Source: an uncultured virus (IMG/VR IMGVR_UViG_3300033175_000002) (taxonomy: Duplodnaviria; Heunggongvirae; Uroviricota; Caudoviricetes). Taken from it: a stretch of DNA of 20,000 nucleotides. The stretch is taken from IMG/VR virus record IMGVR_UViG_3300033175_000002; one strand, written 5' to 3'. Both the position numbers and the translations under genes were made by a program. Of the stretch, positions 1-7,942 are shown piece by piece (the first letter of the stretch is position 1; the number at the start of each line of letters is the position of its first letter). The notes beneath the pieces were generated by a model. It saw nothing but the letters and a program-made list of their open reading frames with translations. It was not told the origin of the DNA and did no database searches.

Positions 1-2
1 AT

Positions 3-236
3 CTACTCGAAGACCAGGCCGATGAGGGGATCCCGATCTATTTCGATATCATGATCATGGATCGGTTCCCGTCGAAAGACCAGGATGCCGGGACGGTCTC
101 GACCGGGAACGTCGGTCGAGCGGTCTTCGAGAAGCTGCTCAACTGTAAGGTGACGAAGAGCGGTCGGGACTATCCCGAGAACAACACTGTACTGACTCAG
201 TACGAGTTCAAGGCTATGGAGAGGTCCCCGCTATAG
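3..236 (+). CDS. Probable tail tube protein, C-terminal part (5' truncated by window)
   Basis: Frame is open from position 3 (LLEDQADEGIPIYFDIMIMD...EKLLNCKVTKSGRDYPENNTVLTQYEFKAMERSPL*). The ending pattern L.NC.V.......N..V.....F.A resembles contractile tail tube C-termini, and the gene lies directly before the chaperone and tape measure. Confidence 0.65.
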   Translation, partial: LLEDQADEGIPIYFDIMIMDRFPSKDQDAGTVSTGNVGRAVFEKLLNCKVTKSGRDYPENNTVLTQYEFKAMERSPL

Positions 237-273
237 GGCCCTCTCCAAGAACCATTTTTCGTAGGTGATTTTG

Positions 274-801
274 ATGGCTGAAACAAAGGGGAAGGGGAAG
301 GGAAACGGAACCGGAAAGGGCAAGCGTCTTACCCGGCGCATCGTTCTGGACGGTATTCGGTACCGAGAGGATGTCGACCTCCCAGGGTACCCGGGGTACT
401 GCGTTACGATTCGGCCTCTGCGAGACGTCGAGGTGATGGGGCTCGTCTCCGATATGAGGGGGGCGGCTGGCCGGTTGGACGACCTCCAGAAGCTTGCCGA
501 GGACCCTGACGGGAAGGCTAAGGTTGCCGAGGCCCTGCGGGCGGACTCTGATATGATGGGGCTTCTCAAACAGGTCTGCGAGCTGGGGATCGTGGCCGAT
601 ACCGAAGAGGAGGACCTGTCCTCGGTGTTCGATGAGATGGTAGGGTTCTCGATTTTCATCATCGGTATGCGAATCCTGGAGCTCTCCCATATCACCGACG
701 AGGGGGTGGACGATTTTTTCGGAGCGGTGACGGAAACGTCGTCCTCTCCCTCCACCTCGGAGGATGGCGGATCGGTGGGGGAGGGGACCCCCGCGACCTG
801 A
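274..801 (+). CDS. Tail assembly chaperone (gpG-like), 175 aa
   Basis: GGTGA RBS at 264-268 with ATG at 274. Contains VTIRPL motif and a helical acidic body. Lies between tube and tape measure and carries a slippery heptamer near its 3' end. Confidence 0.75.
   Translation: MAETKGKGKGNGTGKGKRLTRRIVLDGIRYREDVDLPGYPGYCVTIRPLRDVEVMGLVSDMRGAAGRLDDLQKLAEDPDGKAKVAEALRADSDMMGLLKQVCELGIVADTEEEDLSSVFDEMVGFSIFIIGMRILELSHITDEGVDDFFGAVTETSSSPSTSEDGGSVGEGTPAT
714..720 (+). other. Programmed -1 ribosomal frameshift site T TTT TTC
   Basis: X XXY YYZ heptamer in the correct phase (GAT TTT TTC). The -1 frame is stop-free from 636 to the stop at 1155-1157. Confidence 0.75.
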
Positions 802-1157
802 CTACCGTGCAGGTGGCTGTTGCGCTGTACTGCACCGCCCGGGAACTGGAGATCCGGGCGGGTCTTGAGTCCGGAGGCGGTCCGGCTGGATCGTCTTCAG
901 GTCGGTCACGCGGACCGACGAACCGTCGTCAGGCCGGACCGCTGACCGGCCGGCCGCCCCTGAAGTGGGCCAACAAAGACGGGTCGACCGGATACCTGAC
1001 CCACGAGGAGTACATCAATCTCCGGAGGCGGTCCCGGGGCGAACATGTCCCCGGCGGTATAGCCGACTACCTGGCGAAACGGAAGGCCGACCAGAAGGAC
1101 TCGCCGGTAACGAAAGCGATCGGGCTGAGCAACGAGGAGGAGGAGGGCGAGCAGTGA
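720..1157 (+). CDS. Frameshift extension of the tail chaperone (gpT part of gpGT, fusion about 294 aa)
   Basis: The -1 frame reads RSGDGNVVLSLHLGGWRIGGGGDPRDLTTVQVAVALYCTARELE... and includes ORF 807-1157, whose GTG has no clear RBS. It ends overlapping the tape measure start (GTGA). Confidence 0.7.
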   Translation, partial: RSGDGNVVLSLHLGGWRIGGGGDPRDLTTVQVAVALYCTARELEIRAGLESGGGPAGSSSGRSRGPTNRRQAGPLTGRPPLKWANKDGSTGYLTHEEYINLRRRSRGEHVPGGIADYLAKRKADQKDSPVTKAIGLSNEEEEGEQ

Positions 1158-4108
1158 AGATCCGGGACCTCTATTTCCGGATGCAAGTTCTCGATCAGGC
1201 CACGAAACACCTGACCGATACAAGAGTGCTGGCCGACCGAGTCGGGCAGACCGTCGCTACCGTCGAGACGCGGGTGAACGATCGGGCTTCGGCCCCGCTC
1301 CAGAAGGTGGCGGCCGCTGCCCAGACCGTCCAGACCACGTTCTCCAATTTTCAGAACGTTGGATCGAATGCGAGCCGGACTCTGGGGGCGGCCGGTGACG
1401 CCGGTGCCAAGGCTGCGTCCGGGATGGATCGGGCCGCTTCTGCTACAAACCGGTTGGCGGCCGGGCTGAGCAACGTCCAGACCCGAGCAGGTCAGGCGGC
1501 CTCTTCGGTGGGGCAGGTCGGCGCCAAGCTGGATTCAATCGAGCGCGGAGCTACCAAGGTCTCTGCGGCGACCGGGGCGATCGTGGGGATTTCGGTCTAC
1601 AAAGCCGCGGACTATCAAGAGCTCCTGAAGGGGATCGAGGCCCGGGCGTCCTCCCCCGAAGTCGCGAAAGAGATCACGTCGTGGGTCGAGGAGGGGGGAT
1701 CCAAATCCTATTCGTCCCAGTTCCAGCGGGCTCGGGCTGCCGCGAAGCTGACGACCGGAGCCGCCGGAGGTCTCGTCGGGGCCTCCGACAATGCCGACCT
1801 TCAAAAAGAGTTTCTGGAGGAGCTTGAGCTGACCCTAGCGGTGCAGGGGGCTGCGTCGAACGCCAGCATCCGCACCCTGGGCGATGCCGATAACATGCTC
1901 GAGTCGTTCGTCGGGGGGAACGTCTCCTCGCTGAACAAACTGATACCCGGCTACCAGCTGAGCAATGAAAAGGTGGCCGAGCTGCGAGAACAGTACCGGC
2001 GGACGATGCCCGAGCTCAAGAACTTCAATGATCAGCAGGTCGACCTGTACATCGGGATGAAAGAGGGCCTCAAAATCATGAAAGAGGCGAACGAGGGGAA
2101 GGACCCGATCGTGTCGGCGGTCACCGAGATGAGGATGGCTTACGAAAAGCTGTCCGTTGCGATCGGGACCCCTCTGGTCGGCTCGTTCGAGGCAGTTGCG
2201 TCCGGGCTGCACAAGCTCGCAACGCTGGCCGAGAAGTACCCGGATGCCACCAAGTACGTTTCGTTCGGGTTGGCTCTGGCGTTCGTGGGGGCGTCTGGGG
2301 CCGTCGTCTCCGCTCAGGTCCTCGGAGCTCTGACCACCCTGAAAGCGCTCGGCGGAGTCGCGTCCGTCGTCACTGCCCCGCTCAAGATCCTGACGGCCGC
2401 TCAGTGGCTCCTGAACGTTGCGATGGCGGCCAACCCCATCGGGATCCTGATCATCGCCGGGGCCGCGTTGCTGGCGCTCCTCGTCTACATCGCCTACCGG
2501 ACCGGGGCCCTGGCGAAAGCCTGGGAGTACCTGAAGTCCCTCGATCTGGGGGGGACCCTGTCGGCCGGCGTCGACTGGGCTAAGGAGAAGTGGTCCGACT
2601 TCCTCGCCATCGTGGACGGGGTCAGCTCGAAGCTGAAAGGGATGTCGGCCGGCGAGTTTCTGAAGGGCGCGATATCGATGGCGATCAAGGTCTCGCCGGG
2701 CGGGATGGTGGCGGCCGTCCTGACCCAGAAGATCCCGGGACTGCTGACCTGGATCTGGGATTCGATTACGACCCTGACCGACCGCCTCAAAGACTGGTTG
2801 GAGGGGCTGATCCCTGACTGGCTGGGTCAGGTCGTCAAGTGGCTGCAGGGAGCGTGGGGCTACCTCAAGGATCTGTACGGGACGTTCCGGGGCTGGTACG
2901 ATCGCCTCAAAATGATTCTGTTCGGCGGGTACAACGAGCAGGGGCAGTTCGAGGCCGGGATCGCCACTAAGATCGGCGACCGGATCGTCGATGCCCTGCG
3001 AGGCGCCCCCTTGATCGGGGGTCTTGTGACCCAGATGACTGCCGAGGGCGAGGCCGCCCAGGCCAAGGCCGAGGGGAAGACCGAATCCGAGACGATGCGG
3101 GAGCTCACCGGGATCGATCGGTTCCGGGGAAAGGATCATGCCGGCGAGGTCTACGTCATCGAGTACAAAGCAAAAGATCTGTACGCCGACTTGATGCAAG
3201 AGAAATACGGGACTGATACCCTCTCCTGGTCCGAGTGGCAGAAGCTTCCCGATGCCCACAAGGGTCTGTTCGACGAGAAGCTGAAATCGATAACTATCGA
3301 GGCCGCGAAGGCCCGAGGGTACGACGTTGACAAGGCCAAAGCGATCGAGAAGGCTTTTTCGGGCGGAGAACCCCCGGTCGAGCTCCCTCCTGCCGTCGAG
3401 GAGCATTACGCCGAGACGGGGGCGGCCCAGCAGCAGCAGCGGACCGAGGCGAGGGAGGCTGAACAGAATATACTCGATTTTCTGGGGGCTGAGATACCGA
3501 CCGGAGGAGCTCCGACTAGCGTCGATGCGATCGAGTTCGCCGGCCGGCAGATCCCCGTTTACGATCAGGCCGATCTGAGGGGGACCGGCTGGGGAACGAA
3601 CGTCCGGATCAACGATTCGGGGCAGGCCGTTATGGAGGTGGATATCGATTCGCTTCCGCATAAACAGAAGCTTGAGTTTCAGCAAAAGTACGGCTTCACC
3701 CAGTTCGTCCCGAAACTTGAACGCGGTGGCGGGGTCGAGGAGACCGGGGGAGCGGTCGTCCACGCCGGCGAAGAGTACTCCCCGGCCCAGGTCGTCCGGA
3801 AAACGACTGCGGCCGAACGGTTGGCTGACTCGATTCTGGCGCTGTTCGGGCTGGGCGAGACCGGGGCCGAGTCTCGGGAGATGGCCCGGACCGCTGTCCC
3901 TCTGCCCCGGTCCGAGGGAGGCGAGGTCGAACCCGGGGCCGGATCTGAAAGCGGTCCTCGGGTGTTGGTTCAGGTGCAGGGGCCGCTCATGCACGTCGAC
4001 CGGATCGAGCGGGAGGTCGACCTCAACGACGCAATCTGGAAACTGAGGACGATGCTTGATGATATGGCCCGGCGGGGCGAGGGCAACTATCTTGGTGGGG
4101 GGTGGTGA
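1154..4108 (+). CDS. Tail tape measure protein, 984 aa
   Basis: GTG start after a GAGGAGGAGG RBS; N-terminus VKIRDLYFRMQVLDQAT. Ala/Gly-rich helices, the typical AAQWLLNVAMAANPIGILII segment, Trp-spaced amphipathic repeats, and C-terminal PKLERGGGV...VVHAGE motif. Confidence 0.92.
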   Translation: MKIRDLYFRMQVLDQATKHLTDTRVLADRVGQTVATVETRVNDRASAPLQKVAAAAQTVQTTFSNFQNVGSNASRTLGAAGDAGAKAASGMDRAASATNRLAAGLSNVQTRAGQAASSVGQVGAKLDSIERGATKVSAATGAIVGISVYKAADYQELLKGIEARASSPEVAKEITSWVEEGGSKSYSSQFQRARAAAKLTTGAAGGLVGASDNADLQKEFLEELELTLAVQGAASNASIRTLGDADNMLESFVGGNVSSLNKLIPGYQLSNEKVAELREQYRRTMPELKNFNDQQVDLYIGMKEGLKIMKEANEGKDPIVSAVTEMRMAYEKLSVAIGTPLVGSFEAVASGLHKLATLAEKYPDATKYVSFGLALAFVGASGAVVSAQVLGALTTLKALGGVASVVTAPLKILTAAQWLLNVAMAANPIGILIIAGAALLALLVYIAYRTGALAKAWEYLKSLDLGGTLSAGVDWAKEKWSDFLAIVDGVSSKLKGMSAGEFLKGAISMAIKVSPGGMVAAVLTQKIPGLLTWIWDSITTLTDRLKDWLEGLIPDWLGQVVKWLQGAWGYLKDLYGTFRGWYDRLKMILFGGYNEQGQFEAGIATKIGDRIVDALRGAPLIGGLVTQMTAEGEAAQAKAEGKTESETMRELTGIDRFRGKDHAGEVYVIEYKAKDLYADLMQEKYGTDTLSWSEWQKLPDAHKGLFDEKLKSITIEAAKARGYDVDKAKAIEKAFSGGEPPVELPPAVEEHYAETGAAQQQQRTEAREAEQNILDFLGAEIPTGGAPTSVDAIEFAGRQIPVYDQADLRGTGWGTNVRINDSGQAVMEVDIDSLPHKQKLEFQQKYGFTQFVPKLERGGGVEETGGAVVHAGEEYSPAQVVRKTTAAERLADSILALFGLGETGAESREMARTAVPLPRSEGGEVEPGAGSESGPRVLVQVQGPLMHVDRIEREVDLNDAIWKLRTMLDDMARRGEGNYLGGGW

Positions 4109-4112
4109 TTTC

Positions 4113-4535
4113 GTGGGTTTCGTTCAAGTCGAGATCGGGGCAATTAAACTAGGGGAACGAGTGAAGGTCGAGAAGGGGGGGTCCCCCTGGGAGCGGAATC
4201 GGTCCGAGTCCCAGGCCAAACCGAACCCGATCGATATCACCTGGGAGCAGCGGTTCGGCATAGCGATTCATGAGCCGGTCGGCCGCAAACCGATCACCCA
4301 GGTGACTCAGCCTAAAGCCCTCTGGAGCTGCACGATGCAGTTCAACACTACCAACGAGGACTCGATGGCCGAGGTCCGAGACCTGACCGTCGGGCCCCAT
4401 ATCGTGCGGACGAGTCTCGACTCGATCTGCATGTACCTGGAACGGAAGCGGATGACCCAGCCCGGGGGCACGACCGACTTTTATTACAACTGTACCCTCT
4501 CGTTCATTGAAGCCAACGACCGGGGGACCACTTGA
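4113..4535 (+). CDS. Tail tube initiator / P2 GpU-like baseplate protein, 140 aa
   Basis: GGTGGTGA RBS then GTG at 4113. The ITWEQRFGIAIHEPVGRKPITQ pattern and LSFIE ending resemble the GpU family. Position immediately follows the tape measure. Confidence 0.6.
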   Translation: MGFVQVEIGAIKLGERVKVEKGGSPWERNRSESQAKPNPIDITWEQRFGIAIHEPVGRKPITQVTQPKALWSCTMQFNTTNEDSMAEVRDLTVGPHIVRTSLDSICMYLERKRMTQPGGTTDFYYNCTLSFIEANDRGTT

Positions 4536-6151
4536 TGGCGCTCGATCACCTCGTTACGATCGACGGGGTCGACGTGTCGCCGTGGGTCGAATCGATCCGG
4601 GCCGATGAGAACTTCAACTACAACGAGGGTGACAAGATCGATATCACCATCATCCACATCAACAACATGTTTCTGGGGAAGTTCCAGACCGACCACGAGA
4701 TCAAGGTCGCCCTCTACAACGAGATGGTTCACTGCGCCGGACGAGGCCGACGAGGAGAGACCACCTCCGTCCGGCACGAGTTCGTTCTGGCCGATGGCGA
4801 GGTCCAGAAGGTGAGCTACCGGCCGAACCGGATCGTCGTCGAGGGCGTCTGCCTGGTGGGGACCCTGGGCGATGCCCTCAAAGAAGACTACGATGCCAAA
4901 ATGAAAACGGTGACGACGGTCGTCAACGATCTGCTGAACATGCATCGAGACCAGTCCGCCCACGGCGACAAAATCAAGGGGCGAGTGATCGATATTACCT
5001 CCGACCACCTGTACGACTATCAGTGGCCCATATTCAAGGCGGGCCAGGTGAGCTATCAGACTGCCCTCACCCACCTCGCTACCAAGGTCGGAGCGATCTG
5101 GTTCGTCGATGAGTTCGGGATGTTCTATTTCACCGACCCCAAACCGCAGAAGGGGATGATCGACCTCGACCCGTACATGATGGATCCGGACGAAGCGGAG
5201 ACCGTGATTGGTCACTCGAACATCCTCCGGGTCGTGGGGTCGGGCGTCTACCCGCCGTCCAGTGAGTACTCGCCGCTGGAGACTCATGAGCGGTTTTTCG
5301 CCGAGGCCCGAAACGACAAGTCGATCGAGCGCCACGGGGAGCTGGTCGCTCCTGTCCTGTACGACCCGAATCTGTCGACCCAGTCGCTCGTCGATGAGAA
5401 GGCGACGAACCTCGCAGAGTTCTACAAGATCGCTGAGAACGTTGCCCGGCCGAAGCTGGTCGGGTTCGTCCCGCCGATCCTTTCGTTCGTGAAGTTTCAC
5501 GCTGGGGTGACGAACTACTCGGGCTGCCCCCAGAAGATCACCCTCGGGGAGAAGTCCGAACTGATTGACGGGCTCTGCGTTCGGCGGATCGTAGAATACT
5601 CCAGCCGCGGCCTCCTCTGCGAGATCGAGGTGGCAACGTCGGTCCCAGAGATGGGGCTCCTCTACATCAAGGGAGACGAGGATGCGGTGATCCTCCGGGG
5701 AGGCGATCCGGACGAGGCCGACGAGGCCCATATCGATGCAGTCAAAAAGCTGTCCGACGACGAGCTCAAAGACCTGGTCGAGGAGGAGGAGGAGGAACCT
5801 CCGGTCGAGGAGGAGGAGGAAACTCTGGAGACGGTCGAGATCGAGATCGATGGGCGGGCCTTCCGGGCGGCTGTAGTGACCGAGGGTGGGGCGAAATTCC
5901 TGCTCGTCCCGCCGGAGATCATCCCGTCGCTGTTCGATCTGGCGAAAGGAGATCGGGACCGCCGGATCCGGGCCTACGATACCCTGGACACTGGCGAATC
6001 TTGGATGTACTACCAGGTCGACCGGGCGGAGGCTCGGGTCGTCCGGGACCGGACTACTCTCCTCGGCTGGCATCGGGTCGTCCCCTGGAACGATCCGAGC
6101 TCCACCTCGGTTGCCAAGAACCTCGCCGGGGGGTGGCCGGACTATGCGTAG
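4535..6151 (+). CDS. Baseplate hub protein (P2 gpD/Mu gp44-like) with acidic linker and extra C-terminal domain
   Basis: Starts VTIDGVDVSPWVESI and contains the LATKVGAIWFVDEFGMFYF motif typical of hub proteins. Lies between GpU-like and spike genes; TGATG start/stop overlap with the upstream gene. Confidence 0.75.
   Translation: MALDHLVTIDGVDVSPWVESIRADENFNYNEGDKIDITIIHINNMFLGKFQTDHEIKVALYNEMVHCAGRGRRGETTSVRHEFVLADGEVQKVSYRPNRIVVEGVCLVGTLGDALKEDYDAKMKTVTTVVNDLLNMHRDQSAHGDKIKGRVIDITSDHLYDYQWPIFKAGQVSYQTALTHLATKVGAIWFVDEFGMFYFTDPKPQKGMIDLDPYMMDPDEAETVIGHSNILRVVGSGVYPPSSEYSPLETHERFFAEARNDKSIERHGELVAPVLYDPNLSTQSLVDEKATNLAEFYKIAENVARPKLVGFVPPILSFVKFHAGVTNYSGCPQKITLGEKSELIDGLCVRRIVEYSSRGLLCEIEVATSVPEMGLLYIKGDEDAVILRGGDPDEADEAHIDAVKKLSDDELKDLVEEEEEEPPVEEEEETLETVEIEIDGRAFRAAVVTEGGAKFLLVPPEIIPSLFDLAKGDRDRRIRAYDTLDTGESWMYYQVDRAEARVVRDRTTLLGWHRVVPWNDPSSTSVAKNLAGGWPDYA
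5776..5820 (+). repeat. 18-bp direct repeat GGTCGAGGAGGAGGAGGA x2 encoding poly-Glu linker
   Basis: Copies at 5776-5793 and 5803-5820, translating as VEEEEEEPPVEEEEE. Confidence 0.85.
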
Positions 6152-6269
6152 CGAAATGTTCCACCAGATGACCCAGGATCGAAGATCTCCGGGTCAAGGC
6201 TACAATCAGGCCAGACCGAACCCGAACCATCGGTTCCGGGGCAGCTCTGCATGTACGGGGGGTTTCTGA
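6144..6269 (+). CDS. Small hypothetical protein, 41 aa
   Basis: ATG at 6144 follows a GGGGTGG RBS-like run and overlaps the hub stop. The ORF exactly fills the gap to the spike gene and is in frame with it. Confidence 0.4.
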   Translation: MRSEMFHQMTQDRRSPGQGYNQARPNPNHRFRGSSACTGGF

Positions 6270-7448
6270 ATGGTCGGACAGACCCGTCAAGGCAGGCTGC
6301 TGGACGGAACCCGGCGAGACACCCGCCAGATCAATCGGATCGAGCTGATCGCCGCTGAGAAGATCTGGCCCCACCTGGCCCCGTTCGACGGAGACAAAGA
6401 CTTCAACCAGGTCGACGGCGCCCTCCGGGATCGAGCCACCCCGAAAGGGGCGGCCAAACAAAAGATGAGGTGGAGGATCAATACCCTCCAGCGGGGACCG
6501 GCTGATAGCAGGTTCAGCGGTCACCCCTGGACTCCGAGGGTCGGAGACCTCTGCGTCGTCCTCTGGTACAACAATGAGAAGGGGATAGTGATCGGGACGA
6601 TCCCGAACAAGGAGCAGGAACCGGTATGCCGGCCCGGCTCGAATACCAGGACTACGTACGATCAGGTCTGGAAAATTACGCCGTGGGACGAACCGAGCCG
6701 AAATGCTGAGCTCGATTTCAACAAGTTCCCGGATCCACGAAACCCCGATTGCTTGAAGTGGTGGGACGAGCGGCCCGGGGGGAAGGGGCGGGACTGGGTA
6801 TTTTCAAAGAATTGTAAGCCCGGGAACGACGAACCAAGCTGCAAGAGCTGTACCGGGCCAGACCACATCCTGCAGGGGTGTTCGTGGTTCAAACTGCTCT
6901 CGGACAAAACCCTCGCGAGCTGCGGGAAACCTGATCGGGTCTGGCACCACCACCTGTCCGGGTCGACGATGTTTCTCGATAAAGATGGTGTGATTTATAT
7001 CGAGAACCGACTATCGGAGGAGCCGAAAGGCCATATCAAGTTCTTCCCCGACGGGAAGATCGAAATCCAGTCCCGGTCGAAATCGTCGGGAGCGGTCTGC
7101 GGCTGTTCCGGGGACGGGTCGGGTATCATCGCGGGTGCCAGAGTCACCCTCCTCCGGAACGGCGAGATCGAGCTTAACAACCTGGACGTGGGCGGCGAAA
7201 GCACGGCGTTCATCCGCATCGCTGCGGATGGTGAGATCACCATAAAGACTCCTCGAAAGATATCGATTATTTCCGAGGAGGAGGACGTCTTGATCAAGGC
7301 GGCCACCAAGATTACACTTGATGCACCGCTGATCGACGAAGTTACCGGACTTGTGCACAACCACGGGAACCAGATCATCGACGGGTCTTGCGACCATGGG
7401 GCGTGCAGCTGTCCCTGTGGTGGAGGCGGAGACTGCCCTCTGGAATAG
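6270..7448 (+). CDS. Baseplate central spike (gpV/gp5-like), unusually Cys-rich
   Basis: OB-fold signature PWTPRVGDLCVVLW...GIVIGTI. Beta-helix-type repeats (IKFFPDGKIEI, VTLLRNGEIEL, IRIAADGEITI) and an HNH motif near the C-terminus. Confidence 0.8.
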   Translation: MVGQTRQGRLLDGTRRDTRQINRIELIAAEKIWPHLAPFDGDKDFNQVDGALRDRATPKGAAKQKMRWRINTLQRGPADSRFSGHPWTPRVGDLCVVLWYNNEKGIVIGTIPNKEQEPVCRPGSNTRTTYDQVWKITPWDEPSRNAELDFNKFPDPRNPDCLKWWDERPGGKGRDWVFSKNCKPGNDEPSCKSCTGPDHILQGCSWFKLLSDKTLASCGKPDRVWHHHLSGSTMFLDKDGVIYIENRLSEEPKGHIKFFPDGKIEIQSRSKSSGAVCGCSGDGSGIIAGARVTLLRNGEIELNNLDVGGESTAFIRIAADGEITIKTPRKISIISEEEDVLIKAATKITLDAPLIDEVTGLVHNHGNQIIDGSCDHGACSCPCGGGGDCPLE

Positions 7449-7456
7449 AGGGGGGG

Positions 7457-7942
7457 ATGATCGAAATGGGGGACCTGAAACTGAACATGGATCTGAGGGC
7501 GGGGGAGATCAAGTGCCATCGGTTGGTCGACCTGGTCTTGACCCCGGACGGGGACCTCGCCCTGACTCAGTCAGACCACGAGATGGGGCAACAAACGATG
7601 CTGGTCTATTTCGCTACGCCGAAGGGTGAGATGATCGATCCCGACGAGGGCTCGATCTTCTTCGATTATATGCACAAGCCGCTGACCAAAAATCGAATGG
7701 CGTCCCTATCCGTCGAGCTGCGGGCCGAGCTGGGGGAGTTCTTCCCTGAGCTGGGCGTCTACCGCGTGACCCTGACCCAAACCGATCACCGGCGCGTGTT
7801 TCTGACGGTGCATTGTTCCGTGGGGGCGCTGACCTACCTGTTCTCGCCGGAGGATGTGCTTCACTTGAACATGCAGCTGGCCCAGACCCGGGAATCCCTT
7901 CGGTGGGGGGTCGATGACGTGATGCCTGGAGGGGTGTACTGA
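7457..7942 (+). CDS. gp25/gpW-like baseplate wedge (sheath initiator) protein, about 161 aa
   Basis: DGDLAL...QQ......TPKGE..DPDEGS pattern characteristic of gp25-like proteins. Lies between spike and baseplate J. Confidence 0.75.
   Translation: MIEMGDLKLNMDLRAGEIKCHRLVDLVLTPDGDLALTQSDHEMGQQTMLVYFATPKGEMIDPDEGSIFFDYMHKPLTKNRMASLSVELRAELGEFFPELGVYRVTLTQTDHRRVFLTVHCSVGALTYLFSPEDVLHLNMQLAQTRESLRWGVDDVMPGGVY

Noticed and set aside
965..1153. Longer N-terminus for the tape measure ORF (start 965)
   Set aside because: Overlaps the chaperone extension and reads as Arg/Gly/Pro junk; GTG 1154 has a strong RBS and a typical N-terminus.
1835..3994. 719-aa minus-strand ORF
   Set aside because: Antisense shadow of the tape measure gene, expected from GC-rich codon bias; no motifs or RBS.
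4484..6073. 529-aa minus-strand ORF
   Set aside because: Antisense shadow of the hub gene; the poly-Leu stretches simply mirror the GAG repeats.
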